A DNA stretch of 64,000 nucleotides from Macrostomum hystrix (GCA_950097015.1 CATNEN010000037.1:620001-684000); one strand, 5' to 3'. Positions 48,201 to 61,830 are shown, numbered from the stretch's first letter. The notes: a model not told the origin generated them from the sequence alone. Translations and numbers: made by a program.

Positions 48201-51200
48201 AATTCTCCATATTTGGCGACTTGTACTGGATGGAGTAGATGCCCAGAATTTCACTGTCAAATACGACTTTGGCTGTGCTTCGGTCAACAACTTCGAACTT
48301 AATGGTATTTCGCTCTGTAAGATCGTTGTTAAACTCCAGGCTGGCAAATGAATCCGCAAGGCTGCCAACGATTGACGTCTCACGGATGCCACCTCTGCTT
48401 GTTTGCAATACCACTGAAAATGTCTTCAGAAACTCATGCTTCGCGCTTAGGCCGAACAAAATTTTGCCGTTGTTCACCAGCTGAACGTCAGCGAGGAAGT
48501 TCTTTTGATCCCGATTTGCGGTGAGCGTGAAGGAATTTCGAGGCTGTGTGCTGTCAGTTAGCTGGGTATACTGAGCGGAGAGTTGCACGGACTTCTTGGC
48601 TTCGAAGCCTACCGTGGTTTCAAAAAGTACGCCGGCAGCCTGAGCCGTCAGCTCAGTCATAAACTTCTTCCATCCCTCGCCTTCATTCTTCAGACTAATA
48701 GTTGCAGTTTGATCCATTACGTTCACCTTCAACGTGCTTCGGCCCGTGATGCCCGTCCACTCGTTGTCCAATTCCAAAGTTAACTTCCTGTTGTTGCTTG
48801 CTGACAAAGAAACGATACGTTTGCGACCGTCCTGACGAATCCGCATGCTAGACTCTCCAAGCACTGGAACTGATGCAGTGAAGTCGCCTTCTAGGTTTCT
48901 AAACTGGCCTCGGTAGTTAAGAGGAGCATGATACTTCGACCTAACGTCCAGGTAGTGGCTGAAGTCGTAAAGATTTCCATCGTGCCCGAGTCGCAAAGTC
49001 ATTTTCTCCGTGATGGGAGTCTCGAATTCAAACTCAGCTTTCATTCCTCCATTAAGCGAGTTCACCTGGCCGCTGTATTCAAAGATTGGAGTGAGGTCGA
49101 TCTTAAGCGTAGCGCTGTTCTTAAACTGTGACAGATGGCCTTGGTGACGAATGTGGAGCTCCTTCATTGTGTGACCAGATGATTTCAAGCTGCCCTCAAT
49201 TTCGAAGTCGGCCAGTGAATTGAATGTTGACTTCTGTTTTAGTTCCATCCGCTTTCCCTCTGCGGTGAAAACAACGAGCGTCTGCGCATTTCCATGCGAA
49301 GCTGAGGCCGACATTTCCAAAGTAGGCAGCGTCACAGTGAATACGCGCTTGTCTGACTGCTTTCCATAGCTGGTTTTGAAAAGCTCAGCGAGTGGCTCGC
49401 CTAGTCCTCTGGAGAAATGAACCTCGGCATCAAAAGCCGTCGTTGGTAGCCGTCGAAATTCTCCTTCCACTTTTGTATTCAAGGCATCAATATTGAAAAC
49501 TTCCAGTGGGAGCTTGATATCCAGCAGGATCTTGTAAGACGGATGCTGGCTCAGTTTTGTCCTCACCTCCAAATCGTGACTTCCGAATAATGGGTCCCAG
49601 TTTGCTGATAGTTTGGCTTCGAAACTTCCTAGTTCTCTCACCGTAAATAGCTCAGCAGTGAATGGGCGCACCCCAGGACCGTCCAACAACAGACTAGACT
49701 TGCTTGCTGAGTTTCTGAATTCGATCTGCAGGCTTTTGCTCCAGCCAGGGATCTCCACTATAGTGTTCAGATGACTGTCATCTTCGAAGTTGTGTGAATG
49801 CCGGATGTTGATCTTTCGAAGGTTTGACAGCGATGTCTGCAGTTTGAATGTCAGCCTTCCTTTAGTCATAGACTGGATGCTGCCACCGACGCGCAGTTCC
49901 CATTTCTCACTGAAGAACTTTGGCATTTCGACACTCAGCACCAGCTCCTCGTTGTCGGTGACTAGCTTGGCAGTGAGGCCCTGAATGTAAGGCAAACTGA
50001 GTTGAACGTTGGCCTTGAAGTCTGTGAGGAAGTTCCAGCTAGCGTTTGCTTTCACATTGTCTGTGCTTGGCAGTCGAATATCTAGTAGGGTCTTTCCTTT
50101 GAAAATGTTTTCCAAACTAATGACCAGTGTGCCGCTTGCATCATCAAAGAATGGCGTCTTAAGCAGTGCATTGGTCGAAAGACCGAAAAGACGAGAATCA
50201 TCCTTGACTGCGTCAAGCTTGACCTGGATGGGTCTGTCGAACCAATCGCAGTTGTGGTTGAGGTTGAAACTAAATCTTCCAGTCGAAGAGACCACCTCGA
50301 CTGAACTATTCTGCAAGTACCCGAAAACTTTAGTGTTGAACACGAGGCTAATTTTCTCAGACGTTCTTAGAAGCCTTGTCTCACCTGCCACAGCTTCCCA
50401 ATCATCGAATTTAACATTAAAAAGACCATTAAAGTTATCAGTGGAGCTCTGCCATTTGTTCTCCATCACAATAACTGGTTGACCAGTGACTTGAAATCTA
50501 GCTTTGTAGTGACTGTCGCTGACTTTCTCCATCTTGATTGTCACCTGGTTCTCCTTATCATCAACGTTTAGCAAGCCCTGGATCAACACGGCACGTCCTC
50601 GCATAGTCTCAACTTGCAGATTACCCGCCACATTAGTGATTGGACTTCTCAATTTGATTGTTGCTGAAGCATCCTCCAGGCCACTGAGTGAAAAATCGTT
50701 CTCAAATTGAACCATCCCCATGCTGTTTTCCATATTGATCTTAACTTTCGTCGTCCAGTGAGTCCAATCCTCGATACTGGTTCGCACTGTCGCGTTGAAA
50801 CTCTTCAATGCGTCAACCGGCAACTTGAAAAACGAGGAGCCTTCAAAGCGTGAATTCCGGAGTTTCCAGTCGACACCAGCCGCGATCGTTGTGTGCCCAT
50901 GCTCGATATTCAGGGCGCCGTCGTAAGACATTAGGGAGTTTTCTACTGTCTGGTGACCAGAGATCAGCACGCTCTCGATGCCCCGAATGTTGCTGGTAAA
51001 CTGAGACGAAATACGGATATCACGCAGACCGAGAAGACGCAGGCTATTGATAATTTTCACACTATTTCCAGCGGCAATCATCTTATACTCGTGCTGATGC
51101 TCGATAAGACGCCCGGCATTTCGGTGGCGCACAGCCATGTTCAGTCCTTCCAATCCCATGAAAGGTGTTCTCAGGCTCCACTGCCAGTTAAAGTCACCAG

Positions 51201-54200
51201 AATCCAAGCTTAGCTCACTGCTGATGTCAATGCGTCCGCCCTCAAATGTTGCGCCAGCGACCGTTGTCCATTTGCCTGTATCCGTCAGTTTGTGGTCTAA
51301 AGTGACCTTCAGGTCACTTACTAGAAAGGCTGGTGTTGCTAGCAGTACTTGCAGCTTAGCATTTCTAACGCCGCTGAGCTCGCCCGTTAGTTCAAATTTC
51401 TGCATTTCTCGGTTACACACGTGTTGAATAACCAAATCGCTCTTGTACACGTCGGAAATCTTGCCGACTGACGCGTGAACTTTCGAGAATGAAAAGGCGG
51501 CGAAAGGCGTTGTGGCTTCGATCTCAAAGATACCACGATATTCAACCAAGCTCTTGACGAAAATAGGCTTGTCAAGTCCGGCATCGATCGTCAGTTGAAT
51601 TGTCTTGTTTTGTGGCGTTGAGTCTAATGTCCAAATCAGCTTCTTACTTCCTGCGGTGCATTGCGTCGAAATCTTTCCGCTGAAACTGTACTGTGTACCA
51701 GTTCCGATTGTAGATGCTTCTAGGTTAAACGAGTGCTCCCTATTGTAGGTGACAGATGTTTTCGCATACTTTTCTGACTCCATCCATGCATACTGGAAAC
51801 TTGCCTCTAGTGACTGAAGCCTTCTAAGCGGAGTTTCCAAGCTGAACTTGTACTCACGGCCATCAGAATTTAGTTTCTTCGATACTGACGCTCCGATGAG
51901 CTTCTGAAGATTGTGACTGAATTCGATTGTCATTTTTCTGCCCTCTTCAGTACTGGAGAGCACCTGTAGCCGTTCATGCTTCACAACATCAAATGGTGTT
52001 TGCAGAATCACTTCAAACATCTGATTGCTGGGGGATGGGAGCGACTTAGTGGTCAGCTTGATTCCCTCTTCGTTCCAGTAGATTTCGCTATTAGAAGACT
52101 CTTCGTTATCGCTATCCCGCCGAGAAGAGTGCGCAAGTCCGAATTTCGCTAATTTTTGGTGCGGTGTGTCAAACTTAATGTGGAACCTTGGCCCAGTTGT
52201 TGTAGCGACCGCATCCACTTGATAGTCTCCTACGTAGGGAACCTTTAGCTGGACAATAGACTCGAGCTTCGAGCTGCCGGACTTTGCTGTTCCCTTTAGG
52301 CTGAGTTTCTCCATGAAAGGCGCCACGGCAGAGAAGCTGCCACCCATCTGACGGTCTCGATGAGCTGTGAGCTCATCGTATGCGGAGAGAACAACTTCAA
52401 CCGTTTTTCCTGGCAGATAAGTCACTTGACAAATAGAGCTTACCATCTGGTTGTTGTTCTTGTGATTCCATGTCAGAGAAAACGTTTCGTAGCCAGAGAA
52501 CGGTGTCGACAAGCTGATATTTCCACGGGACTCCAGCTTGTTATTTGACTGAGGAAAGAAGTTGAAGTTTGACTTAAGTGATACCGTTTTATCGTCGTTC
52601 CACGTTAGATCCGCATGGCTGGAGAACTGCTTGCCGTCATCCTTGTGGTTGATGTCCATCAGCAGCTTTGGCATCCAGTCAAATGTGCTTGTGCTTTCGA
52701 TTTTAAAGCCAACGTCCCTGCCTCGACTGTATGAGCCCTTATTGCGTCCTTGAACTTCAAAAATCATATTCTTTGTCTTAAAATCCACATCCAGTTTCGT
52801 CTTGATTTCGCTCGAAGTCAGCCAGTGCGTGAGTTCGAACTTAATAAAGCTGGCTTGTGCCCAAGGAGTGACGATGCTGAGCCTTGAATGGAAGTTATTG
52901 ATGTTGCCCAAATTGATAAGGATATCAGCCTTAAACCGTCTTCCGTTGATGACACTTTCGATTTTTAGCTGCCTGACACGCAGAGAACCATATCCGTCCA
53001 GCTTCAGTGTGATGTCTTCGTACCTTGGGAATGGCGTTACCAGTTTTAGCATCGAAATAATGCCCTTTTCAGTCCATCCATCGTTGATGTCGTACATGAA
53101 ATTGGCGGAAACCTTCTTGCCACTTCCGTACACCATTTCGATGTACTTGTTGCTCTTCAGGTGTTCGTTATTCTCTTTGATGTTGATTTCAAGAGTACCA
53201 GTCGGATAATTAATCACTAGTTTTCCGTCCCTCTCAAGAGAGTGTGCCATCCTATTGACTTTCAAATACCCATCTAATTTAAATCCGTCCGACTCGTCAC
53301 GCCTTGGGTTCCAGTACAGCTCAGCAGCCAGTCTGTTGTTGTCCACTTCCTTATCTACAAACAGCCGGGCTTTCAAATCTACATCGGGAGCTACCAGCTG
53401 ACCTAGGATTGTGATGTCCTCGTAGCGGAAATTGGCCGATGCGTTCGCGGAGTAAGTTCCTCGCGGGGAGGCGAGGATGGCGGAAATCGATGGCTCAGAA
53501 CTACTGGTGTCCAATTTTAGCTCGGTTTCGATTCTGGTCACGTCAGCCAGAGACAGGAGGCCCTTAGTCATGTACTTGCTAGCCTGCCTCTGAAGCTCAA
53601 ACGTCATGCTGTGCTCTACATCAAGCAGAGTGACCGACGTCTCAAACTTATACGAGGTCGATTGACGTTGTAGCTTGGAGACGATGGTGTAGCTCTCGTC
53701 AGTAACTTGGGCTTTCAGCGAAGCAGTGTAGAAAATCGTCCCTGCCTCTCTGCTAAATTCCATCCGGGTCGAAAGCATTCGGTCTGCTGTCTTGTCATCC
53801 TTGAGCATTAGCTTTGTTCTCAAATTTGTCCAGGACGGGTCGTGCACAACTTCCTTTTGCATGGTGTATCTCGCCGTCTTTGTAGCAACACTGGCTGTCA
53901 AAGTGTGCTCGTGATTTCCGCCGCGCTGGATAAGTTCGTAATTCTTCTTCACACGCACGAATTCACCGCCATTTCCAAACTCGAAAATGATGTCCATTTC
54001 GTGGTTATAGTGGCTGCTTCGCTTTGAAATAACTGCCACATGAGCATTGTAGTGTGGAAACTCAGACAGCACGCACTTGAAGCTGCCTTTCAGATTGTGC
54101 TCACCAGTTGACGCTGAAAACTTAATCGTAGGTTCAATCTGAACCGTCTCTTCACTTCTCTCGCCGACCTTGTATGTGACCGATGTCATGCCAGAGATGC

Positions 54201-57200
54201 CATCCACAGTCAGGCTGTAGTCCGTGTCCAGCTTGCCAACAAAGAATGGTGAATTCAGATTCGCTACAGCAGTTGCTCTATCTGCAGTTCGAACGACGCT
54301 GGCGCTTACAGCAATGGGCCTAGTGAGAATGTTTTCGGCACTGAATTCCATTGCCAACTTTACTTGATCAGCCACCTTTCCTGAGATTAGCTTGCCCTTA
54401 AAGACGACTGGCTCAAAGTTGAGAAGTAGAAGCTCCATGTTCTCCAGCTCATGCTTGACCTCTTCTACTGTCTCGATCCTCTTGTAATTTGCGGTGGCGC
54501 TAGTGTACACAGTGCCATCCACTTCGGTTGAGAAGACCAGCTGCTTGGTGGAGCCTACCGAGTTCATGCTCATCAGGAATTTTCCCTTTTTCCATGGCGT
54601 CGAAAGTGTTGCCTCCATTCGCTTATTGATTGAATCGAGCACAAACTCAGTCTGCAACTTTCGATCTGCTCTAGAGCCCGGAGTGTCAATTAGGACCTTC
54701 CAGTGTCGGTTAGTTCCCTCTTTCCTGTTGATAACGTGCAGTTGGTAGCTTGTGTGCGAGTCGCGCTTGAACATTGATAAGTCCATCTCAACTCCAGCTG
54801 CGATTGGAGCCAGTGGCGCTCCATCCTGAGGCACGATGGTCGGGTAGTTGATCTCAGCACAGAGTTCAAGTCCTAGAATGTTCTCCATCAACTTTCCTTG
54901 CGAGCAGGCTTTGCGTCTGACGAGGAGGTCCTGGCGCATTTTCTGTTCACGCTCCACAGAACGATGAATCACAAAGAAGCTGGTCTTGGTGTTTAGAATG
55001 TTTTGCCTGTCCCTTGGCTGTTGGAACTCGACTTGCAGCTCTTCACCGTTCGCTGTCTTGATCTTAGCCTGCATCTCTGTGCTGCTGTGAATGTTGGCGG
55101 TCATCTTCACTCCGTAGTCACCAAAGATAGTTCCAATGCCAAGCATGCCACTTAGATGTACTGTTCCAGATGGAGAAAGCTTGCCTTCGATTTCCACCTT
55201 TGGTGGCCACTGCATGAGTTTCCTAACGTCGACGCCCCCGCTACTCTTAATAACAAACGATGCTGTGCCGTTTGCGGCCAAGATCAGCGGAAAGCCAGAA
55301 ATTGTCGGAATGGTGACCTGTGTGTCCAGGAAAGCGAACGATTTCTGCCAGTTGACCTCCCGAAGCTGCTTCAATGTGTTAAGCCACTCCAGAAAATTAC
55401 CGCCGCTTCGCTCCAAGTTCTCCCTCCACAAGTCCACGAAGGCAATCTGATGGCCGAAGATTTTGATGTCCAGGCTGCCACCGATTTCGTCTTCGATCAC
55501 CTTGAAGGTGTTGTCTAGCTCGGCTAGTTGACTGTTTGTGTCCGTCTGCTGCTTGCGCTCCATTCCTTTGGGACCGAGGTACTTTTCCAGCAGGGTCTCC
55601 AGGCCTTGAACGCGACCGCCGACTTCAAAGAAATTAAATGACTTGCCGAAAAGATCCAGCGTCATGTTCAAAGTGGCTGATCGGGGCAGGAAGCTTCGCT
55701 GCGACCAGATCAAGTTGGACTCTAACTTGGCGCCAGCGTTCAGATACTTGGAAAAGAATGATTTCTCCACATTCCTGCTAAACTTCAGTTTATCAAGATC
55801 GTACTGCTTCTTCAGTTTCACATCCTCAACAATGAGCCGGATGTCTTGCTTGTGTGGATCAGATGTTTCCAGCAGGTTTGTCAGGTGGGTCCACATGAAG
55901 GATGCGAACTGGTTGCTACTCTCAGCAGTAAGCAGTTCCTTGACAGTATCAAACAGTTCGATGGTTGGACACGACATCAAACCCAAATAGGCGGTGATGC
56001 GCAGCTCGGAGTCGACATCCTTGCTCCTAATCAGCTTCATCAGAGGAGTTCTGTCTTCAGAGCACGGCGTCCGTCGTAGGGCCTCGATGGCTGCAATCCT
56101 AACTTCCATCAAGTTGGCCTCCCGGTTGACGCAACGCACAAGGGTGGGCATGAGGTCAGTCAGATATCCAGCGTTTCCAATGGCCTTCAGCGTTGCCAGA
56201 ACAGACTTCCGTACTCCGGTGGAGCAGTCCGCGCCAAGGAGTTTGCGTAGCGCCTCACCGATTCTCTTCACTGTCAGATCCTTGCTGCACTCGGACCTGC
56301 TCTTGCAGTACTGATGCACCAGCGCGCCGATGCCAAGTTGCGCCTGCTGACTCGGACTTTCAGCTTCCAGAAGAGGAGCAAGGTTTTCCAGCATCGCTTT
56401 CTGGGGATCCTGCACAAACGCCAGAGAAGTGAGCCACATGTCTGATACCGTTGAGGAGATCCTTCCGTTGAGTACGAGCTCCTTCATCATCTCCGTTGCC
56501 GCTGGGGTGGAAACCACGGGCAAGGCGTCGAAGAAGAACTGCCGTGCCATCTGGCCGTTGCGTCGACACACGGTGGAACCCTCGACGTCGTCTCGAATCG
56601 ATGAAAGCTGATCGGCGGACAGGACGCGAAGTCGGTGGATTAGTTCGTTGAATAGCTTCGGCGTCTTCGGCGTCACGGCGGAACCGAGTTCGCACAGCTC
56701 GTTGAGTACTGACTTGACATCTTCTAGCGGAGTGCGCGAGTGCAGCTTGTAGTCGTGGTGCTGGTATTCCAGCGGGCTGCGCTTGAATGTGTGATCTGAA
56801 AAAGCAACATAACAATTTGATTCCTCGAGGGTTATATGATAAGTAAGGGAAAAAACTGTTTACAAATAATGTTTGACTGGCAAACACAAGAATATTTGAC
56901 TAAAGACTCCAGGCCGCCAATGTATCATTTTTGTGCTTAGTGCATACTGAAAACAAGCCACATGTTATCGCCTAGTTATCGGCCCCAACTTTCCCTTTCG
57001 TTTTGAAGTCCAAACTAAACTAGCTCAGAAGTGACACCAAAAGATCATCTGGATATCACGCTTTTGCCTATGCTCGAGGCTTATCAGTAAACCCCTCTTC
57101 CCCCAGGGCAGCAGGTGTGGACAAAAGAAGGATCTGAGATAAGAGCTCGCTTGGAGTCACGAGTTAAAAATTAACCACCCTGAATTGATATCTATAGCAA

Positions 57201-59509
57201 AAGCATGTTTCTGAAAATGCGTTTGCTGCTCCGATTTTCCGTGTATGCGGGTAACAACTTAGTGCAAAAAATGGACGCATATAGATTGCAATGAATAGCA
57301 GTTGTTGTTAATTGTTACCGTGACTCAGCCGCGGCATGCCGCCAGAGCCGATGAACTCGATTTTCTGCTCGATCTGGGTCATCGCGCCGGCGCTCTCAGT
57401 GCTGAACGGCCTGAAGATGTGCTCCTCGTTGCACTGGGCGCTCTTGAGGTTTCCGCTGGCATAGTACACTGTCCGGCAGGTTCTGTTGGCCTTGGTCAGC
57501 GGCATCGACTGGATCTGGGCCGGAACTCTGTAGGAGGTGCTCTGGAAGCTGCTACGAACTCGCTGCTGATCCAGGCAGCTCATCAGATTGGTGACCTTCA
57601 CCACTTCCAGCTCACGCCCGGTCTCCGTTGCTGGCGAGTATGCCACCTCGCATTTGCCGCTGATGTCAGTCTGTGGCGAAAAAGTATACAAAAATTATGA
57701 CCAGACTTGGAGTACAAACGTGAAACTTCTGCAGAATAAAAACGCCAAAAAGTATTCCAAATGTTGACGATTCTACCTCAAAAATACCTCGAGTCATGTC
57801 GTTAGTAAACTTTTTAAGTAGACGATAAAATAAAATTACTTTCTTATTTGCAAACGCTGGACAGTCGCGAAAATGTCCCTTTTTCGCTATAACAATGTTA
57901 ATTTCTAAGATCCTTAGTCTTAAGGGGTCAGTGGCAGCGCGATCTAACGCATTTGCCTATCGCACCAAGTTCGATTCCGCGGCGAGGCCGCATTCATTTG
58001 GGGTGCAGCTGCGGAGAGAAGGCTTGGGGGCTTGTCGTGCAATTTACGCACGACCTCCAAGGCACAGTGAAGTGTGCACTGCCTGACAATGAGAAAGTCA
58101 GGGCAGTTGTTGTACACACCTGTGTGAGTGCCTGCGGCCTGCGTACGGTACCTGTGTGCGCATGTGCCCGAGTCAGCGAATTGGGCAGAATTGCCTCCTC
58201 GCTGGCTGCGGGTCCAGTGTCACCAAATAATGTGCCATTGCTCGCAGCCCTCATGCAGTTAGTAACTAATATTATTATTATGAGAGCCATAGTTCTGATT
58301 TTGACAAAAAACTGATTGATCAAACTCACCTCAACACCATTGTAGGACTCCAGCTTGTTTGGGTTGGTGTTCTGCAGCAATCCAATAATGGCCTTCTTGA
58401 TGTTCAGCACCCAGTCAGGTTCGTGCATCTCGGCGCAGACCTCGGGAATGGCACCGTTCCGCATGACGAAGTGAATATCGGAGGTCATCAGCTCGCTCTC
58501 GAACTGAGCCTGATGCGGGCTCTCAGTCCAGCGGCTGCGCTGAGCGGGGTCCTGCTCGCTGACGCGGACCTCCTCCATGCGCATCGCCAGCTCGCAGGGC
58601 GAGAAGACGTCAAGGACGATCTTGGCCGTGAGGCGCAGTCCGGTGGACTCCTCAGACGCGCCCTTGATCTCGGAGCGCACGCCGGTCAGGTAGTTGAAGG
58701 TGTAGGACCGGCCAGGTGTGTAGGGCGACGGGGCGGTCCCGTCGGAGGTTGGGCAGGATTTGGCACAGCCGCTTCCATGCCTGCGTGTCAGTGGCCCTGT
58801 GCGGAAGAAGAGGATTAGAGGAGTTGCTTGTTAGAAAATTATTGCTCCATGATAAAAGTGAATTGTTGTGATGCTATTTTTTCCTGAAAACAATGGCGTC
58901 ATAAATACCACTAATTTGCAAGTACGATGGTGGACTTGTCAAATGACTTGTCTTGACTTGTTGCAATACGACAACGCAATTCTGACTTGCAACGATGGGA
59001 CAATCTAGCTACTCATTAGGGGGGTAGATGTCAGAGCGGTTAACGCGTTTTCCTTTCGCGCCAAGGTCTCTGAGCTCGATTCCGCGGTGAGGCCACATTC
59101 ATTTTGGGCGCAGATGAGGAAAGATGGCCTGTCGTGCAATTTACGCCCTTTAGGGCCAACCTCCAGGTGTACAGGGCGCAGTGAAAGTTTACACTGATTG
59201 ACGATTAGAAAGTCAGGGCTGATGTATATGAGCGTGTGCCTGCGTACAGTATCTGTGTGGGTGTGTGCTCAGGAGTCAGCGAAACGGGCAGAATTGCCTC
59301 CTCGCTGGCTGTGGGTCTACCGTCACCAAATGATGAGCAATCCCCCACAGAACTCCTTTTTTATTATTAACTAGTGATTAACAATCACAATCACTTGCCT
59401 GTTTTTGAATTGCATTTCAGCCGAAAGCAAATAAGCAAAAGAAAGCCAACTTACCGGCGTTAGCCAGGGCCACCAGCAATAGTACAAGAAGCACAGTCTT
59501 GTGCTCCAT
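36281..59509 (-). CDS. Giant large lipid transfer protein (apolipoprotein B / apolipophorin / vitellogenin superfamily), ~7,100 aa; exons 59455-59509, 58330-58796, 57319-57670, 36281-56795 (four small frameshifts at ~44030, ~43840, ~42575, ~41600)
   Basis: Signal peptide MEHKTVLLVLLLVALANA; Vitellogenin_N (YTPGRSYTFNY, ETDISGKC, LKAIGNAG, RIAAIEALRR, RITAYLGLMSCP); DUF1943-like (SFLPRSATLN, FEVGGRVQGLE); long beta-rich middle; amphipathic helical block; VWD (HIITFDGRYYDF...CTYLLARDF, LAGLLGNFD); C8-like; VWA-like (ADVVLVLEE...VRFGLLGFG). Splice phases 1, 0, 1 are consistent. Confidence 0.93.
57924..58281 (+). mobile_element. tRNA-derived SINE, copy 3 (apoB-like intron 2, antisense to the gene)
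   Basis: ggtcagtggcagcgcg head, gttcgattcc B-box with a 9-nt deletion upstream, shared body, (att)n tail. Confidence 0.85.
59019..59369 (+). mobile_element. tRNA-derived SINE, copy 4 (apoB-like intron 1, antisense to the gene)
   Basis: cagagcggttaacgcg head, gctcgattcc, shared body, ttattatta tail. Confidence 0.82.
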
Positions 59510-59843
59510 TGGAGTTACAATAAATTCGATTTGCACTGATTTAGCGAATTTGCTGTTTGCAAAGGGGCTAGAGAACTTGTTTGACTTACGTCAAAGAAAA
59601 AGACTTGAACTGTGTCAGGCCTATTTGGTCGCCTTTTTATACACAGGCGCCGATTCTGGGGTCCAACCTGGGGTCAAGATTTCATAACTGATTGCAACCG
59701 AGAGCAACTTGTTTCACTCGGAGATAACAGCATTGGCTGTTTATTGCTGTGTGTAAACCAAGCTGTTTATGGCGAATAATTACCAGGCCAAGATTTCGTC
59801 TTTATTTCGTTGTCAGATCAAAGTTCAATTTTGACTCGATTGC

Positions 59844-60100
59844 TCAAAGATTTCGAACCACTTGACAACCTTTGAGATTAGGCGAAAACTGCCTACATAA
59901 ATTACATTATAATTCAATGTCGATATAGAAATTGCGTTGTCGATATCCTATGCGTTCTCTCCGCTCCCCACCTGTACCTGTTATCAGGCTAATTGACGAG
60001 CACCGCCTGGTGCGGTTTGAGCCGAGTTTGAGCTCGCTCGTTTCCTGCGCATTCTCGCTCATTTCTTCTGGCTTCGATAGGAGCTCAGTTGTACTGTTCT
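59844..60100 (-). CDS. Possible last two exons (59978-60100, 59844-59869) of an unidentified upstream gene
   Basis: tttcatag|AG AAC...ACA G|gtacag, then ctcaaag|GT TGT...TGA and AATAAA at 59801-59806. No upstream exons could be joined. Confidence 0.3.
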
Positions 60101-60789
60101 CTATGAAAGAAATTGAAAAATAAAAAACTAGATGTTCAGAAACAGCAGAAATGAATGATCCATGCATCCAAGTGCGTTTAGATGAGATAGTCAGAGGCGA
60201 CAAAGCTATCCCGTATACAGAAACAGAATCTTCTTTCAGATGTGAAAAAATAGTTCAGAAACCGAAAAGCGCTCCTTAACTCAGACCTAAAATTCATTTT
60301 AACTTTTACTCGTACACATTTAGCTGCGAAGCCAGTTTTTCCTAAATCGATTAGATCAACTTTGAAAATTCCTGCAGCAAACTTTTAAAGTGGCTATAGG
60401 CCCCCGCATTCTCTGCTACGATCGTATAGAGCATTTTTTTTCATTTTTTTATAGAACCAGCAGCACCTTAACAAGACATATCTCTAGCAGATCAAAGTTC
60501 AAATATGCAAGCACAAGCACATTTTTTCTAGATAATTGCCTTGAACGCTAGCAGCCAACTGAATAGAACTTACATGAGTAAGCTCAGCTATATTATTTTA
60601 ACTTTTGGATTGAACAATCTCTGCCATATCTGTTGCAGTGGTCAGGATTTCTGGTCTTGTGCCAGACTTTTAGCAGCTTCTGCTGGACATGATCAGCCTG
60701 CTAACTGCTCAAATTGATTGCTTTCTGTGCTTAGCGTCTCTGCTGACCCTGTATCACCGTTTATAACAATCTAGAATTCAATAGGGACT

Positions 60790-61830
60790 GTCTCCACTGT
60801 CTCATCTCTCCACTTTCTCATCTCTCCACTGTCTCATCTCTCCTACTGTCTCATCTCTCCACTGTCTCATCTCTCCCCTGTCTCATCTATCCACTGTCTC
60901 ATCTCTCTACTGTCTCATCTATCCACTGTCTCATCTCTCCACTGTCTCATCTCTCCACTGTCTCATCTCTCCACTGTCTCATCTCTCCACTGTCTCATCT
61001 CTCCACTGTCTCATCTCTCCACTGTCTCATCTCTCTACTGTCTCATCTCTCCACTGTCTCATCTCTCCACTGTCTCATCTCTCCACTGTCTCATCTCTCC
61101 ACTGTCTCATCTCTCCACTGTCTCATCTCTCCACTGTCTCATCTCTCCACTGTCTCATCTCTCCACTGTCTCATCTCTCCACTGTCTCATCTCTCCACTG
61201 TCTCATCTCTCCACTGTCTCATCTCTCCACTGTCTCATCTCTCCACTGTCTCATCTCTCCACTGTCTCATCTCTCCACTGTCTCATCTCTCCACTGTCTC
61301 ATCTCTTCACTGTCTCATCTATCCACTGACACATCTCTCTACTGTCTCATCTATCCACTGTCTTATCTCTCCACTGTCTCATCTCTCTACTGTCTCATCT
61401 CTCTACTGTCTCATCTCTCTACTGTCTCATCTCTCCTACTGTCCTCATCTCTCCACTGTCTCATCTCTCCACTGTCTCATCTATTCACTGTCTCATCTAT
61501 CCACTGTCTCATCTCTCTACTGTCTCATCTCTCTACTGTCTCATCTCTCTACTGTCTCATCTCTCTCCAGTCTTATGTCCCCCGTGTCTCATCTCTCCAC
61601 CGTCTCATCTCTCTACTGCCTCATCTATCCACCGTCTCATCTCTCTCCAGTCTTATGTCCCCCGTGTCTCATCTCTCCACCGTCTCATCTCTCTACTGCC
61701 TCATCTATCCACCGTCTCATCTCTCTCCAGTCTTATGTCCCCCGTGTCTCATCTCTCCACCGTCTCATCTCTCTACTGCCTCGTCTATCCACCGTCTCAT
61801 CTCTCTCCAGTCTTATGTCCCCCGTGTCTC
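60790..61830. repeat. 16-bp minisatellite (actgtctcatctctcc) ending in 80-bp (5x16) higher-order repeats
   Basis: 16-bp period (60973 to 60989); marker cagtcttatg at 61568, 61648, 61728 and 61808. Confidence 0.96.

Noticed and set aside
36214-58818. Numerous + strand ORFs overlapping the apoB-like gene
   Set aside because: Antisense shadows of a long coding frame, with no independent motifs or splice support.
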